DNA of 64,000 nucleotides from a virus (Duplodnaviria; Heunggongvirae; Uroviricota; Caudoviricetes): IMG/VR virus record IMGVR_UViG_647533160_000003; one strand, 5' to 3'. Shown piece by piece: positions 59,148 to 64,000 of this stretch (position 1 is its first letter; each line of letters starts with the position of its first letter). The notes under the pieces were generated by a model. It saw only the letters and a program-made list of their open reading frames with translations, ran no database searches and was not told where the DNA came from. The position numbers and the translations under genes were made by a program.

Positions 59148-61064
59148 ATGAAGTTTTTAAAGCTCCAGGTTGAGAATTTTATGGCTATCGCCAGCGCGGA
59201 GGTCGAGTTAGATCAGCGTGGTTTAGTGCTCATTCAGGGTGTTAATAGTGATGATAGTTCCGCATCAAGTAATGGCTCTGGAAAGTCAACTCTAATGAAT
59301 AGCCTGATGTGGTGTCTTTATGGCGAAACAGCTCATGGTGTGAAGGGTGACGATGTGTTGTCTACCGACCATGAAAAGAACTGTCGTGTTGCAGTAACCA
59401 TCGAGGATGAAGGCAAGAGATACGCAATCATTCGTCACCGTAAACACAAAGAGTTCAAAAATCGTCTTATCGTTCGTGGTGAAGATGGCGATATGACGAA
59501 AGGCAAAGATGCGCTGACGCAGGAGTTCGTCGAGCGTCTGATCGGTGCATCTAAAGAGGTTTTCATGGCTTCCATCTATGCGAGCCAAGAAGCTATGCCA
59601 GATTTACCTGGAATGTCCGACAAAAACCTCAAAACCATCGTAGAAGAAGCCGCTGGCGTTGACAGACTGACACGCGCCTATGCTATTGCTCGTGAGCGAG
59701 CTAATGCAGCTGCCGCACGTATGGATGTGGTTAAAACCAAATTGGAGTCGACAATCTCGACCATTGAGGCAACACAGTCAGAAATTGAGTCCGCGAAAGC
59801 CTCCTCTGAATCATGGGAACAAGAGCGTTCTAAACGTTATGACGATGCCCTAGCTGGGCTGGCAAGTGCCGAAGTTGAGTTAACGGAAGTTGAACTTGAG
59901 ATCCGCACTCTTCCCGAACAGATCCGTGATACCGAGAAGGCAATCGAAAGTGAGCGCAAAAAGTTAGCCTCAAAAGAAGAACATGACGCTAAGTTGCTCA
60001 AAGTGCGTGGTGCGATAACTGATATTCGGGCAAGCATCAAAGCTACAGAAAATAGTCAGGCTGATGCAATGAGCCGCGCGCGCAATTTTAAGACCAAAGC
60101 AGAAGAGGTTGGTACTAAAGTAGGATCACCATGCCCTACTTGTGGCAAAGCCTACTGCGAAGAAGATCTATCAACGGTGAAGGAGAATTTCATTGAACAA
60201 GCACGTCAGGAAATTGGTCAGGCGAAGACACTTGCAGAGGCAATGGCTAAACACAAAACGAATCTTGAGAAAGCGTTAAGCATTGAGTCTGCCCTTGTTA
60301 AAACGACACCTGATGTAACGGCTATCATCGCTCGGATTGAAGAGCTTACGAAACAACTCTCATCTTTGCGTCATCGTGAGAAGGAGGTTGTTGCTATTGA
60401 GTCTCTTGTTACTCGTGCTCGTACTGAGGTCGATCGTATATCAAAAGAGATTAATCCGTTTATTGCTCTTATCGCCAGACACGAAGATAACCTGGCATCC
60501 AGTAAGTCTACCTTCAAGTCCTTAAAAGACGAGTTAAAGGCTATTCAGGAACAAACGTTGCTATTGGAAAAAGCTCGTCAGGTCTACTCTCCTGCAGGGG
60601 TGCGTTCTCATATTTTGACGTCTGTTACGCCTTTCCTGAATACACGCACAGCCGAGTATCTCAATACGTTGTCTGACGGGAATATTACTGCTGAGTGGTC
60701 GACGATGGATGTCACTAAAAAAGGTGAGTATCGCGACAAATTCAACATTAGTGTGCAGAAGAAAGGTTCAAGTAAGTCGTTCCAGACCCTCTCTGGTGGT
60801 GAGAAGCGGAAGGTTCGCATTGCGTGTTCTTTGGCATTGCAAGATCTGGTCAGTAACCGGGCGAGTAAAAACATCGATTTGTTTATCGGCGACGAAATTG
60901 ACGATGCACTCGATACAGCCGGTCTTGAACGCCTCATGGGTATTCTGGAGTCCAAAGCTCGCGAACGGGGCACTGTGCTGATTATCTCCCATAAAGAGAT
61001 GAAGTCATGGTTCCGCGAAACTATTACTCTGGAAGTTAAAGAGGGGCGCAGCTATGTCGTTTAA
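59148..61064 (+). CDS. sbcC: SbcC/Rad50-like ATPase
   Basis: N-terminal Walker A (NGSGKSTLMNSL), long central coiled coil with zinc-hook-like CPTCG, C-terminal signature LSGGEKRKVRIACSLAL and Walker B LFIGDEIDDALD. Confidence 0.8.
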   Translation: MKFLKLQVENFMAIASAEVELDQRGLVLIQGVNSDDSSASSNGSGKSTLMNSLMWCLYGETAHGVKGDDVLSTDHEKNCRVAVTIEDEGKRYAIIRHRKHKEFKNRLIVRGEDGDMTKGKDALTQEFVERLIGASKEVFMASIYASQEAMPDLPGMSDKNLKTIVEEAAGVDRLTRAYAIARERANAAAARMDVVKTKLESTISTIEATQSEIESAKASSESWEQERSKRYDDALAGLASAEVELTEVELEIRTLPEQIRDTEKAIESERKKLASKEEHDAKLLKVRGAITDIRASIKATENSQADAMSRARNFKTKAEEVGTKVGSPCPTCGKAYCEEDLSTVKENFIEQARQEIGQAKTLAEAMAKHKTNLEKALSIESALVKTTPDVTAIIARIEELTKQLSSLRHREKEVVAIESLVTRARTEVDRISKEINPFIALIARHEDNLASSKSTFKSLKDELKAIQEQTLLLEKARQVYSPAGVRSHILTSVTPFLNTRTAEYLNTLSDGNITAEWSTMDVTKKGEYRDKFNISVQKKGSSKSFQTLSGGEKRKVRIACSLALQDLVSNRASKNIDLFIGDEIDDALDTAGLERLMGILESKARERGTVLIISHKEMKSWFRETITLEVKEGRSYVV

Positions 61065-61797
61065 ATTAAGCCGCTCGCAGTTTTTGCAGGTGTTTGCGGT
61101 GATGCAGTCGATAAAACTGATCAATGGGCATACTTCCAATGGTGCGGCTCCACGTATTCTGTGGGGCAGCAATAATATTGACAAAGCACAATTCGCCCCG
61201 TTGCTTGGTCTAATATCCGAGACACCATTGATGCAAAGTTTGGAATCACTGCCGTCTGGATGTATTGCGCCGATCTTGATTAATCCTTTTGTTGAGGGAG
61301 GATATCTTCCCAACGTCGGACCTGGGTTTATCGCAACCCATGAAACTGAAGATCTTAACATTGATAGCGAAGGGTTCTTTGGGGCAATGGATGCGCATCT
61401 CTGTATGGCTTTCACGAACCTTATTCGACTTGCCAATAAGCGAGCGGATAGTTTGGCATCGCCAGGTGATGCTTTTACTGGTTTCCTTATCCAAAGGAGA
61501 GATAAAAAGTACAGTGCGGATAAACTACAGTTTATTGGTAAGTATGGGGAAATGGTAGAAATCGAACTTCAGCTCCCTCATGTTTTAGCAAACGATAGTG
61601 CAGACAGTCGGAGGCTGTTGGGCATCATGCGTCATTTCATAGCAAGTGGCGTTAAACATGCCGTAGATAAACGTGTCACGCAGGAAAATGAGTGTTCAGA
61701 CTTTGCAAACTATCCCCAACCAACGTTGCAAACGGCAATAGTAGCCAATTCGTTGGAGGCGAGATTATTGGAAAACCCTATATGGGGAACATGGTAA
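61054..61797 (+). CDS. hypothetical protein (247 aa)
   Basis: Start overlaps sbcC-like stop; no motif recognised. Confidence 0.4.
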   Translation: MSFKLSRSQFLQVFAVMQSIKLINGHTSNGAAPRILWGSNNIDKAQFAPLLGLISETPLMQSLESLPSGCIAPILINPFVEGGYLPNVGPGFIATHETEDLNIDSEGFFGAMDAHLCMAFTNLIRLANKRADSLASPGDAFTGFLIQRRDKKYSADKLQFIGKYGEMVEIELQLPHVLANDSADSRRLLGIMRHFIASGVKHAVDKRVTQENECSDFANYPQPTLQTAIVANSLEARLLENPIWGTW

Positions 61798-61806
61798 GGA
61801 GACTAT

Positions 61807-62376
61807 ATGAGTAAAAAAATCAGCGTAGTTGGTGTTGATCCCTCAATGAGCAACTTTGGGCTTGCTGTGGGCACTTTAGACCTTGAAACGGACGAACTTG
61901 AGATTCACGGCCTTACTCTTGTTGAGACTAAAGCGGGGAGTAACAAAAAGACAGTTCGTGTGAACAGCGACGATCTGCGCCGTGCCAGTGAAATATGGCG
62001 TGTTGCGAAGCCAATCATTGATAAGGCAAATATGGTTTTTTGTGAGCTACCGGTTGGGAGCCAAAACTCTCGTTCGCAGACGTCTTACGGTATTTGTATC
62101 GGTGTACTTGCGTGTGTGGATAAGCCATTGATCCAGGTTACTCCAAACGAAATTAAGCATTTTGTCGGCAATAAACTTACTACATCGAAAGAAGAGATTA
62201 TCCAGTGGGCTACGAAAAAACACCCTAAAGCACCGTGGCTGCGTCGTAAGCAATCTGGACAGGATGTTCTCGTGAACAAAAACGAACATTTGGCTGATGC
62301 GGTGGCTGCCATCCATACCGGTATGCAAACGGATCAGTTCCGCCAGGTGCGCGATGTTCTTAAGTCTCTCATTTGA
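61807..62376 (+). CDS. RuvC-like Holliday junction resolvase
   Basis: N-terminal VVGVDPSMSNFGLAV resembles RuvC ILGIDPGSRVTGYGV; C-terminal HLADAVAAIHTG resembles the RuvC catalytic helix. Confidence 0.6.
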   Translation: MSKKISVVGVDPSMSNFGLAVGTLDLETDELEIHGLTLVETKAGSNKKTVRVNSDDLRRASEIWRVAKPIIDKANMVFCELPVGSQNSRSQTSYGICIGVLACVDKPLIQVTPNEIKHFVGNKLTTSKEEIIQWATKKHPKAPWLRRKQSGQDVLVNKNEHLADAVAAIHTGMQTDQFRQVRDVLKSLI

Positions 62377-62449
62377 TTTTATTGATAGGTAAGTGCTTAT
62401 CTATTAACATGGGCCACTATATTTAGTGGCCCTCTTTATTTGGTGATAC

Positions 62450-64000
62450 ATGATAAGCATCGTAAAACGTAACGGCCAAACAGAGCCGTTATCCGAAGAA
62501 AAATACAACCGCGTCGTAATGTATGGCGTAGAAGGCATTCGTGGCGTAAGCGCATCCGCTGTAGCAATGGGAGCTGCGGCCAGCATTTTTGATGGGATGA
62601 CCACCAGCCAGTTGCATGAGGCTTTGGTTAAATCTGCCGCTGATTTGATCTCACCAGAAGCACCAAATTACTCACAGGTGGCTGCCCGCCTGAACATTTT
62701 TAAAATCCGCAAAGATGCCTTCGGTCGTTACGACTATCCGAACTTCTACCAACACATTGTCAAGAACGTTAACAAGGGCGTTTATGACAAGGATTTGCTG
62801 ACACATTATTCGTTTGAAGAGATCGAAGAACTCGGCAATTACATTAAGCCGAAACGTGACGATCTTTTTGGCTATGCAGCTACGGTACAGTTGCAAAGCA
62901 AATACCTCGTTCAAAACCGTGTTACTGGAGAGATTCACGAAGGTCCGCAACATATCTATATGCTGGTTGGCATGTGTCTGTTCCAGAATTGGGAAGACGA
63001 CTGCGCGGGCAAAACACGTATGGAGATGGTTAAAGGTTTCTATGACATTACAAGTACGTTCAAACTGTCTCTGCCCACACCAATCATGGCCGGCGTCCGT
63101 ACTCCAACCCGTCAGTTCTCCAGTTGTGTGCTGATTGAGTCTGGCGATAGTCTGAAAGGTATTAGTGCAGCTTCAGCCGCAATTATCGACTACGTTTCAC
63201 GTCGTGCTGGAATTGGTATTGGTTTTGGCCGTATCCGTGCGCTGGGCAGCGAGATCCGCAATGGTGAAGCCACCCATACCGGAGTTATTCCATTCCTGAA
63301 GCATTTCCAGACGGCTGTTAAATCTTGCTCGCAAGGTGGTGTTCGTGGTGGCGCAGCAACAGCGTTTTACCCGATCTGGCATCTTGAAGTTGAAAGTCTG
63401 CTGGTGGTGAAAAATAACCGTGGTATTGATGAAAACCGCGTTCGCCATCTTGATTACGGCGTCATGAGTAACCGTCTAATGTACCGTCGACTCGTCAGAA
63501 GCGAGAACATCACTCTGTTCAGCCCGCATGATGTGCCTGATATGTACGAAGCCTTCTTCACAGACCAGGAGCTGTTTGAAAAGCTGTACCATAAATACGA
63601 AGCCGATGATTCAATTCGCAAGAAGTCAGTACCTGCCATTGAGCTGTTCTCATCTCTGATGCAGGAACGAGCGTCCACGGGCCGAATTTATATTGCGAAC
63701 GTCGATCATATTAATGAGCATGGCGCTTTCATTCCTGCTCTTGCACCTGTCCGCCAGTCAAACCTGTGCATGGAGATCACTCTACCCACTCGTCCACTGG
63801 CATTTACCGACGACCCGAACGGTGAGATCGCGCTATGCACTTTATCCGCTTTTAACCTCGGAGCCATCCGTTCACTGGAGTCTCTTAAAGAGGTGGCGTT
63901 CTATGCCGTTGCTGCACTGGATTCGTTACTGGATTATCAAGACTATCCGATGGAGGCAGCCGAAGTGCCTGCCAAAGCTCGTCGTAGCTTGGGAATTGGT
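62450..64000 (+). CDS. nrdA: ribonucleoside-diphosphate reductase large subunit (class I NrdA-like), 3' end beyond window
   Basis: ATP-cone-like N-terminus (MISIVKRNGQTEPL), catalytic region PTPIMAGVRTPTRQFSSCVLIE and downstream blocks; ORF open to the window end; preceded by a copy of the TGATAGGTAAG dyad motif. Confidence 0.8.
   Translation, partial: MISIVKRNGQTEPLSEEKYNRVVMYGVEGIRGVSASAVAMGAAASIFDGMTTSQLHEALVKSAADLISPEAPNYSQVAARLNIFKIRKDAFGRYDYPNFYQHIVKNVNKGVYDKDLLTHYSFEEIEELGNYIKPKRDDLFGYAATVQLQSKYLVQNRVTGEIHEGPQHIYMLVGMCLFQNWEDDCAGKTRMEMVKGFYDITSTFKLSLPTPIMAGVRTPTRQFSSCVLIESGDSLKGISAASAAIIDYVSRRAGIGIGFGRIRALGSEIRNGEATHTGVIPFLKHFQTAVKSCSQGGVRGGAATAFYPIWHLEVESLLVVKNNRGIDENRVRHLDYGVMSNRLMYRRLVRSENITLFSPHDVPDMYEAFFTDQELFEKLYHKYEADDSIRKKSVPAIELFSSLMQERASTGRIYIANVDHINEHGAFIPALAPVRQSNLCMEITLPTRPLAFTDDPNGEIALCTLSAFNLGAIRSLESLKEVAFYAVAALDSLLDYQDYPMEAAEVPAKARRSLGIG

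Noticed and set aside
58873-59151. 92-aa basic ORF bridging the sbcD-like stop and sbcC-like start
   Set aside because: Overlaps the sbcD 3' end, has no convincing ribosome-binding site and no recognisable motif; kept as unresolved rather than called.

Overview
The window reads as one contiguous bacteriophage genome segment with plasmid-like maintenance functions, i.e. a probable phage-plasmid of an enterobacterial host (inference from lambda-type tail genes, E. coli-like tRNAs and a Dam GATC cluster at the origin). Layout, left to right: a lambda-type tail module (tape measure, M/L/K/I/J-like tip genes, long tail fibre with C-terminal chaperone domain); a lysis cassette; ParA plus small RHH partner; a DUF2971-like gene broken at an A6 run; DnaB-like helicase, primase and ATP-dependent ligase; a four-tRNA cluster (Asn, Tyr-like, Thr, Ser) flanked by long hairpins; an AT-rich accessory island (two-gene minus-strand operon with a PD-(D/E)xK-like motif, then a gene interrupted by a 625-nt N run) next to a tyrosine integrase and HTH regulator; vWA plus AAA+ ATPase pair; DnaE-like polymerase; gp32-like SSB, 5'-3' exonuclease, RecA-like recombinase; SPFH lipoprotein; an iteron-flanked RepA origin; SbcCD, RuvC-like resolvase and the start of NrdA. 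The best candidate for an undescribed system is the AT-rich two-gene operon at 33610-35669, with further accessory candidates at 36997-37760, 47439-48029, 21357-23314 and 52292-53326. All functional calls come from motifs read by eye; no database search was run, and G+C statements are hand estimates from sampled lines.
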